Origin: Patescibacteria group bacterium
Lineage (GTDB): Bacteria; Patescibacteriota; Patescibacteriia; UBA9934
Direction of reading: 5' to 3'
NCBI GenBank assembly: GCA_038064675.1
Contig: JBBTSM010000002.1
Location: 6,507-70,506, forward strand
DNA: 64,000 nt
Positions 49,403 through 58,481 of the stretch are shown here, piece after piece. The translations under genes were made by a program, and so were the position numbers. Under the pieces are notes generated by a model, which had not been told where the DNA came from, did no database searches, and worked only from the letters and a program-made list of their open reading frames with translations. Every line of letters starts with the position of its first letter. Within the stretch, counting starts at the first letter, position 1.

Positions 49403-50704
49403 CTACGCCGCGCTGAGCGCGTGATCGAAGCGCCGCTCGATTTCTCGCAGCCCGTCGGCTCTGTCGTCTCCCCGGTGGGCGACGCCGCGAATGAGATCCG
49501 TGATTTCACCCATCTCGCGGAGATGGTAGGGCTGGACCCAGGGGGCGCAGTCCATCATCCATTGCAGGCCCGCCTCACGGAAGCGTTGCAGCGCGTCAAT
49601 GTCTCCGCTGTTCACCATCTGGATGGCCGCCGAGAGTTGGTCGCGGAGCGCGACGGCCTTCAGGAACGCAGCCGCCCGACGAGCATTGCTCGCGATGCGG
49701 TTGTACTGCCTCGCTTCGAAGCCGTCGATCATTTCCTGTACTGCGGCGTGCGCGAATGCCGTCCAGGGAAGGATCGGGTTGATGAAGCTCCGTTTGAGCT
49801 CGTCGCGGTACCCCTTGAGTCGCTTGACGAAGTTGGTCACGCGCTGCTCGCTGACACCCAGCGGAAGCTCGGTGGTGATACCGAGCCACCACGACTTCTT
49901 GTCGTCGAGCTCTGTCGCCATCCGGCTACAGCGCTGGACCACGCGACCGATCCACTCCTCGATGTCGCGGCCACTGTACGTGACGGCCTCGAGCACATCG
50001 TGCTGGTCCGCGGTGAGCGCTTCCGCGCGGCGTTGAATGGCACGAACGATGAGCACGTAGCGGTACACATTCCGGCGGTTGATGGAATCGAGGGGATTCT
50101 CCATGCTCGCGAGGAATGCGCGGATCTCCTTAGCAAGCTTCGCGTTGGAATGCACGAAATTCTTGAGGAAGCGGATGTTCTCGCGGTGCGTCTCTGCATC
50201 GATCCGACGCTTGAGGCGGGTCTTCAGTGCGAACCCAAGCTTTTCGTCGCTCATCACGACGAGCGTGCGGAGAAGGACGATTTCGTTCTTCACTCGGCTT
50301 GCCGCACGACGCATGGCGCGGTTCACGCCGAACACCCCTGCTTCGAAGCCGGAGACGATCGGAAGGCGCTTCAGCTTGGTGGGATCGTCGGCTCCGTAGA
50401 TTTTGCTGCCCGGGGCGAAGATCACTTCGCGATCCACCTTCGTGAACCGCTGGAACACCTGGAAGCTCTGGGGGCCGCTCGTCATGCCCCACACCGATCC
50501 TTCGGAGAGACACGCGGCTTCGCCTTCAATGATGCGTCCGATGTGGCCGGAACCGTCCGGAGTGATGACGCCCTCGTGATTGACGAAGAGCATCAGTGCG
50601 AGCACGTGGACGAGGGGGAGGGTCGGGATGGGCTTGTCGCCAAGGGGGCTGATCACGATATTTTCCGGTCTGAGTGTGATACTGGCACGGGTGTGCCGGC
50701 GCAA
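49403..50704 (-). CDS. hypothetical orphan protein (GC-rich, helical)
   Basis: long ORF with a downstream hairpin at 49351-49380; start uncertain. Confidence 0.6.
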   Translation of the reverse strand: MRRHTRASITLRPENIVISPLGDKPIPTLPLVHVLALMLFVNHEGVITPDGSGHIGRIIEGEAACLSEGSVWGMTSGPQSFQVFQRFTKVDREVIFAPGSKIYGADDPTKLKRLPIVSGFEAGVFGVNRAMRRAASRVKNEIVLLRTLVVMSDEKLGFALKTRLKRRIDAETHRENIRFLKNFVHSNAKLAKEIRAFLASMENPLDSINRRNVYRYVLIVRAIQRRAEALTADQHDVLEAVTYSGRDIEEWIGRVVQRCSRMATELDDKKSWWLGITTELPLGVSEQRVTNFVKRLKGYRDELKRSFINPILPWTAFAHAAVQEMIDGFEARQYNRIASNARRAAAFLKAVALRDQLSAAIQMVNSGDIDALQRFREAGLQWMMDCAPWVQPYHLREMGEITDLIRGVAHRGDDRADGLREIERRFDHALSAA

Positions 50705-50725
50705 GAGAATAGCCAGGTTTGTGGC

Positions 50726-50754
50726 TTGACGTCAAAGGGGTATTTCGCTATCCT
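50726..50754 (+). promoter_or_regulatory. sigma70 promoter of rpmF
   Basis: TTGACG-17 nt-TATCCT. Confidence 0.6.
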
Positions 50755-50777
50755 TTGCGCATTCTTCAATTCTCCCT

Positions 50778-51065
50778 ATGCCATTGCCGTCATTCCGAAG
50801 CTCACGTTCAAAGGTTCGCCGACGCCGTTCCCACCACGCGTTGAAGGCCCAGCAGGTCGCGGTTTGCGCAAAGTGTGAGGCAATTCTTTTGCCACACCGC
50901 GCATGTAAGAACTGCGGAGCATACGGCGATCGCAACGTTGCAAAGAAAGGCGCTGCAGAGGTAAAGAAGGCTATCGCGAAGACGGTCAAGAAGGCTCCAG
51001 CAAAGAAGGTTGCGGCAAAGAAGACGTCCAGCCAGCCTGGCCACGAAGGTCATAACCACGAGTAA
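50778..51065 (+). CDS. rpmF: 50S ribosomal protein L32 with a Lys/Ala/His-rich extension
   Basis: 'SRSKVRRRRSHHAL..CAKC...PHRACKNCGAY'. Confidence 0.92.
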   Translation: MPLPSFRSSRSKVRRRRSHHALKAQQVAVCAKCEAILLPHRACKNCGAYGDRNVAKKGAAEVKKAIAKTVKKAPAKKVAAKKTSSQPGHEGHNHE

Positions 51066-51127
51066 ATTCCAACACAATGCCTGCCGTTTGGCGGGCGTTG
51101 TTGTTTTCGGTATACTCTCAGCAATCT

Positions 51128-51634
51128 ATGTCGAATCGCCACCTGGCTCGTACAATGGCCATGCAAGTTCTTTACGAATGGGATTTTCGCGGAAAGGAGG
51201 CGGTACGGCTTCCGGAAGTTGTTGCGTTGGTTCGCGAAGAATTTGCACCGAAGTTCGATGATGGTGGCTACGTGGAGCAGCAGGTTGGTGAAATCATCAA
51301 TCATCTTCCAGCGATCGACACCATGATTAATACGTTCATGCCGAACTGGACAGTGGATTCGATCACGATTATTGATCGAAACATTCTCCGACTTGGTGTG
51401 TACGAGCTGCGTTTCGATCAATCAATTCCGTCAAAGGTCGCCATCAACGAAGCGATCGAGCTTGGAAAGAAATTCGGTGGGGAAGCATCAGGAAAGTTCG
51501 TGAACGGCGTACTTGGTGCGATTTTGAAGGATATGGCCGCAAAGGGGGAGAAGAAAGAAGCCGATGTGGAACGGGAGAAACGTGGAGACGTTGCCGATGG
51601 CGCGTCTCCAGAAGAATCGATCAAAGAAAAATAG
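51128..51634 (+). CDS. nusB: transcription antitermination factor NusB
   Basis: RHLAR..AMQVLY, IDRNILR, KVAINEAIEL, FVNGVL. Confidence 0.95.
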   Translation: MSNRHLARTMAMQVLYEWDFRGKEAVRLPEVVALVREEFAPKFDDGGYVEQQVGEIINHLPAIDTMINTFMPNWTVDSITIIDRNILRLGVYELRFDQSIPSKVAINEAIELGKKFGGEASGKFVNGVLGAILKDMAAKGEKKEADVEREKRGDVADGASPEESIKEK

Positions 51635-51635
51635 T

Positions 51636-52328
51636 ATGCAGAAAGATATTGAGGCACTCGCAAAAATCTTGAATATTCCTTTGAAACCCGGCGGTCACCT
51701 TGAACAGGCCGTTGTTCATCGTTCCTATTTGAACGAACATCCGGATTTTCCATTGGCACACAATGAGCGCTTGGAGTTTCTTGGCGACGCCGTCCTCGAG
51801 CTCGTTGTTACTGAGCATCTCTATAACACGTACGAGAATCCGGAAGGCGAGCTGACAACGTGGCGATCGTCGATTGTGAATGGAGACAGTCTTGCTGTCA
51901 TCGGTCACGAAATTGGCATCGAGCCATACTTGTATCTTTCACGAGGTGAGGAAAAGGATTCGAACTCAAAGGCGCGTCGCTACATTCTTGCAAACGCGAT
52001 GGAAGCGATTATCGGCGCCATCTACTTGGATTTTGGATGGGATCTCTCGAAGGAGTTTATTCTCAAACACGTTGTCTCGAAACTTGGCGACATCATCGCA
52101 GAACGTTCGTACATCGACCCAAAGAGTAAGTTTCAGGAAGCGGCGCAATCGCGGTTGTCCGTTACGCCGAGTTACAAGGTTCTTGAGGAATCCGGACCAG
52201 ACCATCAAAAGACATTCATCATGGGTGCATATCTTGGCAAAGATTTGATTGCGAAGGGGGAGGGAACAAGTAAGCAAGAAGCGCAGATTTCGGCCGCCGC
52301 GAATGCGTTGAAAGAAAAGGGGTGGTAA
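51636..52328 (+). CDS. rnc: ribonuclease III
   Basis: NERLEFLGDAVLEL, EAIIGAIYLD, dsRBD with GPDH. Confidence 0.96.
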   Translation: MQKDIEALAKILNIPLKPGGHLEQAVVHRSYLNEHPDFPLAHNERLEFLGDAVLELVVTEHLYNTYENPEGELTTWRSSIVNGDSLAVIGHEIGIEPYLYLSRGEEKDSNSKARRYILANAMEAIIGAIYLDFGWDLSKEFILKHVVSKLGDIIAERSYIDPKSKFQEAAQSRLSVTPSYKVLEESGPDHQKTFIMGAYLGKDLIAKGEGTSKQEAQISAAANALKEKGW

Positions 52329-52340
52329 GAATCGGGCACA

Positions 52341-52375
52341 AATAAAACGAGGAACCGATGTGGTTCCTCGTTTTA
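52341..52375. terminator. bidirectional terminator (rnc / tRNA-Arg)
   Basis: ATAAAACGAGGAACC-GATGT-GGTTCCTCGTTTTAT. Confidence 0.8.
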
Positions 52376-52452
52376 TGGTGCGAGCAGAGGGACTCGAACC
52401 CCCGACCCTTTGGTTCGAAGCCAAATGCTCTATCCAACTGAGCTATGCCCGC
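52376..52452 (-). tRNA. tRNA-Arg(TCG)
   Basis: GCGGGCATAGCTCAGTTGGATAGAGCA-TTTGG-CTTCGAA-CCAAA...GGTTCGAGTCC...GCACCA. Confidence 0.96.
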
Positions 52453-52525
52453 ATATCCACTGAACGTCGCAATAGTACTCGTTTTCTTGACCCTGGTCAA
52501 AAAATTGTGCATCATACAGCCGTTC

Positions 52526-52600
52526 GCATCGGTAGCTCAGCGGTAGAGCAGGTGACTCTTAATCACTTGGTCGTGGGTTCGAATCCCGCCCGGTGCACCA
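52526..52600 (+). tRNA. tRNA-Lys(CTT)
   Basis: GCATCGGTAGCTCAGCGGTAGAGCA-GGTGA-CTCTTAA-TCACT...GGTTCGAATCC...GCACCA. Confidence 0.96.
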
Positions 52601-52655
52601 GAACACGATCTCCCATTTGGGAGGTCGTTTTCTTTTTTGCTATACTGTACGCAAT

Positions 52656-52862
52656 ATGTCCATGCTTCTTCTTGCCGGCATTGTATTGACCGGCTTTCCG
52701 CTCCTGCTCATTATCGGCTTTGCGAGCTATATCTTCTTTGGCTTCATCAACGACGACAAGGACGCACGAGCCGTCCTGAACGTGGTTCTTGCAGTGATGG
52801 GTATCGGCATCGTCCTCATTCTTGCCTATTTCGCTACAAAGATCTTCGTCATCACGCCGTAA
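52656..52862 (+). CDS. small 2-TM membrane protein
   Basis: 68 aa, two hydrophobic helices, TGcTATACT upstream. Confidence 0.65.
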   Translation: MSMLLLAGIVLTGFPLLLIIGFASYIFFGFINDDKDARAVLNVVLAVMGIGIVLILAYFATKIFVITP

Positions 52863-52913
52863 GCGGCGAAATCGATTCCAAACAAAAGGCGCCCCTTTCG
52901 GAGCGCTTTTTGA

Positions 52914-53204
52914 TTAGCTGACCAACTTGCCTTTGAGCGCATCCTTCAAGGCCTTTCCGGCTTTGAACTTTGGCACGCGAACGGCAGGAACTTGGATCTT
53001 TTCGCTTGGGTTTCGTGGATTTACTCCCATACGAGCGGATCGAGTTCGGGCAGAGAACGTGCCGAATCCTGCGATGGTGACCTCGTCGCCATTCATGAGG
53101 GCAGCCGTTACGATTGCCTCGAAGGCTTCTACGATATCCTCAGCGGATTTCTTTGGCACCCCAAGCTTTTCTGAAAGACGAAGCGCGAGTTCTGCCTTAT
53201 TCAT
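52914..53204 (-). CDS. hup: HU family DNA-binding protein
   Basis: MNKAEL, GFGTF, RMGVNP, VPKFKAGKALKD. Confidence 0.95.
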   Translation of the reverse strand: MNKAELALRLSEKLGVPKKSAEDIVEAFEAIVTAALMNGDEVTIAGFGTFSARTRSARMGVNPRNPSEKIQVPAVRVPKFKAGKALKDALKGKLVS

Positions 53205-53271
53205 AGAAAACGTAAGGTCAAATGAATGCGCTTATCTTAGCGGAATTTCTGATGGGCGTCAAGCATTTCAC

Positions 53272-54861
53272 TTATCTGGCGTATTCGGTGACTCGAGTTT
53301 CGCGGATAATCGTTACGCGAACTTCTCCGGGGTAGGTAAGGTCTGCCTCAATCTTCTTGGCGATATCGCGGGCAAGATTGTGGGCAGAAAGATCGTCCAC
53401 AACGCCTGGTTGCACGAAGACACGAACCTCACGACCAGCCTGGATGGCGTACACTTTTTCGACGCCCGGGAATCCAGATGCGGTCATTTCAAGATCCTGA
53501 AGACGTTGCAGATACTCTTCGAGACTGTTTCGTCGAGCGCCCGGTCGAGCTCCCGATATCGCATCAGCTGCCTTCACGATAACGCCTTCCAGCGTTCGCG
53601 GCTTGTCCTCGTGGTGAGCGATGGATTGGTAACAAAGTTCTTCAGGGAACCCAAACTTCTTCATGATGTTGTACCCAATCTGTGGGTGCGCGCCCTGCAT
53701 GTCGTGATCCACCGCCTTTCCGATGTCGTGGAAGAGCCCTCCCTTTTTACAGATCATCGCATCGGCACCAAGTTCTTCCGCCATCATGCCGGAGAGACGA
53801 GCGACTTCGATGGAATGTTGAAGCACGTTTTGTCCGTAGCTTGTACGGAATTTCAAGCGGCCAAGAATGGCGACGAGTTTTGGATCGATGCTTGGGACTG
53901 GGATGCCGAGTTCGTACAGCGCGTCTTCGCCGGCCTTGCGCATGTCCTTCGCGAGTTCCTGCTTTGCGGCGTTGATCGCTTCTTCAATCTTCGCAGGTTG
54001 AATACGTCCGTCCTTCAATAATGCTTCCAGTGCGCGCTTGGCAACCTGACGACGAACAGGGGAGAACCCGCTGATCGTGATGGAATTTGGCGTGTCGTCG
54101 ATGATGAGCTCACAGCCGGTGAGATGCTCAAGTGTTTTGATGTTGCGACCTTCTTTTCCAATGATGCGTCCCTTCATGTCGTCGCTAGGAAGATCCACGA
54201 ACGTCGTGGTTGCATCAACTACTTGGCTACTCGCAAACTTACTGATGGCCAATGAAAGCACGTTGCGTGCCTTGGCCTCTACGGCGTCTTCGCTGATCTG
54301 ATCCATCTTTCGGATGCGCGAGAGCATCGCGTCGGTTTCTGTTTCCTCGATGCGCTTGAAAAGCACTTCAGCTGCAGCTTCTTTTGTCATTCCTGCTACA
54401 GATTGGAGCTTCGTAAACGCCTCGTCGTGGAGCTTTGCGACGTCGGTTTTTGCGACGACAAGTTTCTCCTTTTCTTCCTCGAGCTTTGTCTTTTTGTTTT
54501 CGAAGTCGAGGAGCGTTTCATCAAAACGACGCTCGCGATCTGCGATTCGAGTCTGCGCCTCCTTGAGTCCGGTTTCGTGGAATGCGAGTTCGCGTTTTCC
54601 ATCCTCAACAATCTTCATCGCCCGTTCTTTGGCATCAAGCAAAAGTTGCTGCTCCGTGGTGCGAGCGGCTTGAACGATATTCTGCTCTCGAGATTTTGCG
54701 TCTTGCGCGATGCGATCTTCTTCAGCTCGCGCCTTTTTGAGGATTTCTTCTGCACGAGCTTCGGCATTTCCGGCAATCTGTTTTCCGCGAACGTCACGAA
54801 CGAAGTATCCAATGGCGCCTCCTGCAGCAATCGCGAGAAGGGCGGTGATAAGAGTAGGCAT
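53272..54861 (-). CDS. rny: ribonuclease Y
   Basis: N-terminal TM and coiled coil, KH 'MKGRIIGKEGRNI', HD 'RTSYGQN..HS...FHDIGK'. Confidence 0.96.
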   Translation of the reverse strand: MPTLITALLAIAAGGAIGYFVRDVRGKQIAGNAEARAEEILKKARAEEDRIAQDAKSREQNIVQAARTTEQQLLLDAKERAMKIVEDGKRELAFHETGLKEAQTRIADRERRFDETLLDFENKKTKLEEEKEKLVVAKTDVAKLHDEAFTKLQSVAGMTKEAAAEVLFKRIEETETDAMLSRIRKMDQISEDAVEAKARNVLSLAISKFASSQVVDATTTFVDLPSDDMKGRIIGKEGRNIKTLEHLTGCELIIDDTPNSITISGFSPVRRQVAKRALEALLKDGRIQPAKIEEAINAAKQELAKDMRKAGEDALYELGIPVPSIDPKLVAILGRLKFRTSYGQNVLQHSIEVARLSGMMAEELGADAMICKKGGLFHDIGKAVDHDMQGAHPQIGYNIMKKFGFPEELCYQSIAHHEDKPRTLEGVIVKAADAISGARPGARRNSLEEYLQRLQDLEMTASGFPGVEKVYAIQAGREVRVFVQPGVVDDLSAHNLARDIAKKIEADLTYPGEVRVTIIRETRVTEYAR

Positions 54862-54983
54862 ACGGAATCACCCGGCCGAATTCCGAAAACAAAGGGGGAG
54901 GATTGTTCAAAAACATCAAGAGTAAACCCAGATTTGTGCCACCGGAACTGGACGAGTTCAACAAGATTTACGCCTCGAGCGTA

Positions 54984-55709
54984 TCACGGTACCAGCTTTT
55001 TCGCCAACGATGCCCAATTTTCAGGGGTAATATCGCTGAGCGGGGTTGTGGAATCGATTCCGTACGGTCCGATAGCCGATCGGCGGAGCTGGGTAAGGTA
55101 TCCAGCCGTCCCAAGATTCTCGCCGAGATCTCGAGCGATGGCTCGAATATAGGTTCCCGATGAGCAGTCGATGACGACGGGGAGGTTTAGGGGGAGAATG
55201 AGCGATCGTTGCGTTTGAGCGACCGGCGGATTACCACCTTGAGCGAATTGAGCGTCCTGAATTACAAATCGGGAAATCTTTACCGGCCGTGGTGGTCGGT
55301 CAATTTCGATACCTTTACGGGCGAGGTCGTAGAGTTTCTGTCCACCGATCTTGATCGCGGAATGCATCGGGGGAATCTGAAGAATGTCGCCCGTGAGACT
55401 TTTCATCGCCGTTTCGATCGCTTCCAAGGTTAGATCGGCTCCACCGACCGCAACGATCTCGCCTTCTGGATCAAGCGTCGTCGAGCTTTCGCCTAGTCGG
55501 ATGATCGCTTCATACGTCTTTCCCATGCCAAGGAATGTATTCAAATGCTTCGTCGATTCTCGTCCAACGCCAAGAATCAACATCCCCGTTGCAAACGGAT
55601 CCAACGTACCGGCATGGCCAACGGTGCGCTCGCCGGTAATTTTGCGAACCCGGTCCACGACGTCGTGGCTGGTGATGCCTGCGGGTTTGTCGATGAGGAG
55701 GAATGGCAT
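54984..55709 (-). CDS. truB: tRNA pseudouridine(55) synthase
   Basis: DKPAGITSHDVV, GHAGTLDPFATG, SGTYIR. Confidence 0.95.
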   Translation of the reverse strand: MPFLLIDKPAGITSHDVVDRVRKITGERTVGHAGTLDPFATGMLILGVGRESTKHLNTFLGMGKTYEAIIRLGESSTTLDPEGEIVAVGGADLTLEAIETAMKSLTGDILQIPPMHSAIKIGGQKLYDLARKGIEIDRPPRPVKISRFVIQDAQFAQGGNPPVAQTQRSLILPLNLPVVIDCSSGTYIRAIARDLGENLGTAGYLTQLRRSAIGPYGIDSTTPLSDITPENWASLAKKLVP

Positions 55710-55730
55710 AGATCGATGTGCCGATTCTTG

Positions 55731-56288
55731 TTACTTGGTTTCATTCTGCGCTTGAACCGTTACCCCAATATTCTGGAGCGCATGTTGTACCGCGAGCACC
55801 TCTTTTTCATCGATAGAGCTCAGGAGGAGCGTTGTGTTCTCATTGAACGTACAGGAAAACGTCCACTGGATATAATTTCCTCCTCCTCCGTGTCTGTACC
55901 GTCGGAGACGGTTTGTGAGAGAGACCTGGATTTGTGTAAAGGAGACAGGCTCTGCACCTGTGAATGTTCCGTAAACGGTGCGAATATTTTTTCCAGACGG
56001 ATTCCACTCAGAGACGATGTCGGTTGGGATTGGACCCCGATATATCCTTCTGGGTAAGAGAATGCACACGAGAGCGATGGCATAGACTATCCCAATGGTG
56101 AGGGCGTTATTGTGCAAAAGACTCGATTCCGAATAGCCGATAGAAAAAAAGAGAAAACCAAATACGATGAGTGGAATAATCAAAAATTGAAATACTCGAG
56201 TCCAAGGTCCGTATGTGTGGATGACGAGCGTATTCTCTTGCTGCGTTACGCGACCCCATTGATTATGTGCGATTACCTCTGCCTTCAT
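55731..56288 (-). CDS. hypothetical 2-TM membrane protein
   Basis: ATG at 56288 (MKAEVIAH), two TM helices. Confidence 0.6.
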   Translation of the reverse strand: MKAEVIAHNQWGRVTQQENTLVIHTYGPWTRVFQFLIIPLIVFGFLFFSIGYSESSLLHNNALTIGIVYAIALVCILLPRRIYRGPIPTDIVSEWNPSGKNIRTVYGTFTGAEPVSFTQIQVSLTNRLRRYRHGGGGNYIQWTFSCTFNENTTLLLSSIDEKEVLAVQHALQNIGVTVQAQNETK

Positions 56289-56333
56289 AGGTTGTTTTCT
56301 ATTCTGTAAGTATGTCATACACTGTGCACATCT

Positions 56334-56918
56334 ATGAACCAACCGCTCAAAATTATCTTGTGTGGGCCGCCAGGATCTGGAAAGGATACGCATGCCGCAG
56401 TGCTTTCGGCAACGTTTGGTATCCCGACGATTTCCATGGGTGGACTCTTGCGATCCGAAATTGTGAAGCAAACCGCGGATGGTATTACTGCGGCTGGCTA
56501 CATGTCGCGCGGCGAAATGGTGCCGGAGGAGATTGTGACGCGGTTGGTGAAAGAACGGCTGGCGGACGAGAGTTGCAAGAATGGTTACATCTTGAACGGA
56601 TACACGCGGTCGCTCGACAAGCTCGAGACCTATCTTTCTTTCGATCACCCAACGCACGTTGTCCATTTATTGCTTGCCGACGACGACGTTCGCGATCGTT
56701 TAAAGGTTCGTGGGAGGCATGATGATCAGGCCCACGTTGTTGATGCGCGTTTGAAACTGTATCACGAGTCGGAAACGCTGGTGTGCGAGTTTTGGAAGAA
56801 CGATCCGTCCGTTTGGTATAAAGAAATTTGGACGAACCGCGTACCGATTGACATTACCAAGGACATCATCGATTTCATGCACGCTTCCATGCACATGCAA
56901 AATAGGTTCACCAAATAA
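56334..56918 (+). CDS. adk: adenylate kinase family nucleoside monophosphate kinase
   Basis: GPPGSGK, ISMGGLLR, GEMVP, GYILNGYTR, RGRHDD. Confidence 0.85.
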   Translation: MNQPLKIILCGPPGSGKDTHAAVLSATFGIPTISMGGLLRSEIVKQTADGITAAGYMSRGEMVPEEIVTRLVKERLADESCKNGYILNGYTRSLDKLETYLSFDHPTHVVHLLLADDDVRDRLKVRGRHDDQAHVVDARLKLYHESETLVCEFWKNDPSVWYKEIWTNRVPIDITKDIIDFMHASMHMQNRFTK

Positions 56919-56992
56919 ACGAACGACCGCGGCTCCTGCGTAGGAGCCGCGGCGCGTTGGCGACGTAGGCAGAGTGCCGAGATGTGGCGCGG

Positions 56993-57202
56993 TCAGTAGT
57001 CACCATCGTCGTCTTCGTCCCCGTCTGGGTTTTCGTTATCGAGATCGTCTTGGATGATCCACCGGTCTTGGCTGCCCGAATTCTCCGGTGCAACGTCGGT
57101 ACCGGCCGACAGAACCCAGATGAACGGGGCTTGAGGCTCGGCGGGACGAGCCCTGCCGCTACAGGTGGGACACGTTTCTTTTGAGCATGTACAGCGGATC
57201 AT
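56993..57202 (-). CDS. array unit A: 69-aa CxC-x4-CxxC peptide with acidic tail
   Basis: MIRCTCSKETCPTCS...DGDEDDDGDY; AAAGGAGG RBS; paralog of unit C. Confidence 0.75.
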   Translation of the reverse strand: MIRCTCSKETCPTCSGRARPAEPQAPFIWVLSAGTDVAPENSGSQDRWIIQDDLDNENPDGDEDDDGDY

Positions 57203-57345
57203 CCAAGGGTGCCTCCTTTGTGCCTGTACACAATGTAAGGCTTTTGAAAATTTTCCGCAATAAATGCAGCCGCCGCGACTCCTGCGTGGAGCCGCGGCGC
57301 GTGTTCGGGGAATCGTGTGTGGTGCGCTTGGTGTCAGAAGCGCCC

Positions 57346-57744
57346 TCAGGGATCGAGCGGCCCTCCGGGCCCGCGGCCGAGCCCTCGGGTCTGTCGTGCG
57401 CCTTCCACCGCTGCCCGACCGAGCTCGGGTCCAGTCATCTTGAACACGCGATCGAATGCCCCGCGCGTTTCCGGTCGTTGCTGATCGTTCACGATCGCTT
57501 CGGCCGTGGTTTCTTCGAACACGGCGTCGGCACCGGCCTTGGACGCGATGTCCGCGCCACGCTCGGCGACCCGCGCGTCCCAGTCGGCGAAGCAGGCAGC
57601 TTCGTCTCTCGGATCGATCCACGGAACCTCAGCGTCGGGCGGCAGAGGCGGACCGTGCATCGTCCGGAGCTCGACGGGCTTGTTGGGGTGAAGCGGACAG
57701 ATCCGTCCGGTGTGTTGTCCGCAGACGCAGGTATTCTCGGCCAT
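57346..57744 (-). CDS. array unit B: 132-aa protein with N-terminal CxC..H..CxxH
   Basis: MAENTCVCGQHTGRICPLHP; GAGG RBS; own TTGCGG-17-TACATT promoter. Confidence 0.65.
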   Translation of the reverse strand: MAENTCVCGQHTGRICPLHPNKPVELRTMHGPPLPPDAEVPWIDPRDEAACFADWDARVAERGADIASKAGADAVFEETTAEAIVNDQQRPETRGAFDRVFKMTGPELGRAAVEGARQTRGLGRGPGGPLDP

Positions 57745-57871
57745 CGGCAATCCTCACGGGTGTGCTTGAAATGTACGGCTTTTGAAAATTTTCCGCAATA
57801 AATGCAGCCGCCGCGACTCCTGCGTGGAGCCGCGGCGCGTTGGCGACGTAGGGTGCCGAGATGTGGAGCGG

Positions 57872-58090
57872 TCAGCAGTCACCTTCATCGTCATCCCCAT
57901 CTGGGCCTCCGCCAATCACCTCGTCATCGATGTTGTCGCCCCACCAGTCTTTGTTGCCCGAATCCTCCGGTGCAACGTCGGTACCGACCGACGGAACCTG
58001 GCCGAGCGACGTTTGAGGCCTGGCGGGACGAGCCCTGTCACTGCAGGTGGGACACGTTTCTTGTGAACAGCGACAAAGAATGTCTTCCAT
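57872..58090 (-). CDS. array unit C: 72-aa CxC-x4-CxxC peptide with acidic tail
   Basis: MEDILCRCSQETCPTCSD...PDGDDDEGDC; paralog of unit A. Confidence 0.75.
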   Translation of the reverse strand: MEDILCRCSQETCPTCSDRARPARPQTSLGQVPSVGTDVAPEDSGNKDWWGDNIDDEVIGGGPDGDDDEGDC

Positions 58091-58286
58091 GAATGCCTCG
58101 GTGTGCGTATTTAATGTACGGCTCCGGAGTATTTTACGCAATTCCGAACGAACGTTTGAACATGAGCATTTCCACAGATATCATCCGATCGGATGGTATT
58201 TTCGGAAGAAAAGAACACGAAACGAACAACCGCGACCCCTTGCGTGGAGCCGCGGCGCGTGTTCGGTGATTTGGTCGTCGTCGCCT

Positions 58287-58481
58287 TCAGGAAGAGCCGG
58301 TGTGCGCTTCGCACGGAGAGCCGGGTCGGCAGTGCGGGCAGTCTGGCGCCCGCGTGGCGGTCGCTCGGCGTTCGGAGTCGGGGACTTGTCCAGTCATTCG
58401 ACCCCAAAGTGCCTCGTATTGTCCATCGTCGAGAGCCTCCTTCGGATTGGGCAGTTCCGCCCTTGCTCGAGGGTATCCCAT
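58287..58481 (-). CDS. array unit D: 64-aa peptide with C-terminal CxxC..CxxH
   Basis: MGYPRAR...PDCPHCRPGSPCEAHTGSS; TTGCGA-17-TACCCT upstream. Confidence 0.55.
   Translation of the reverse strand: MGYPRARAELPNPKEALDDGQYEALWGRMTGQVPDSERRATATRAPDCPHCRPGSPCEAHTGSS

Larger units (their letters stand above)
56927..58260. repeat. four copies of a ~30-bp GC-rich hairpin repeat (56927, 57273, 57811, 58230)
   Basis: consensus CCGCG(G/A)C(T/C)CC-(T)TGCGT(A)-GGAGCCGCGGCGCGT; copies 2 and 3 also share ~40 bp of left flank. Confidence 0.9.

Noticed and set aside
56903-56913. TAGGTTCACCA identical to 27491-27501, as a possible extra att site
   Set aside because: It is an 11-bp match inside the adk 3' end, and the intervening 29 kb is core genes; chance is plausible.
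56927-58260. CRISPR array
   Set aside because: The repeats are ~30 bp and palindromic, but the spacers are 315-510 bp and contain promoters and ORFs; no cas genes are present.
56927-58260. Canonical integron cassette array
   Set aside because: No IntI in the window, the hairpins are shorter than typical attC sites and lack full RYYYAAC/GTTRRRY boxes, and each unit has its own promoter. A similar ACGCA(A) loop occurs in terminator-like hairpins at 38295 and 41818.
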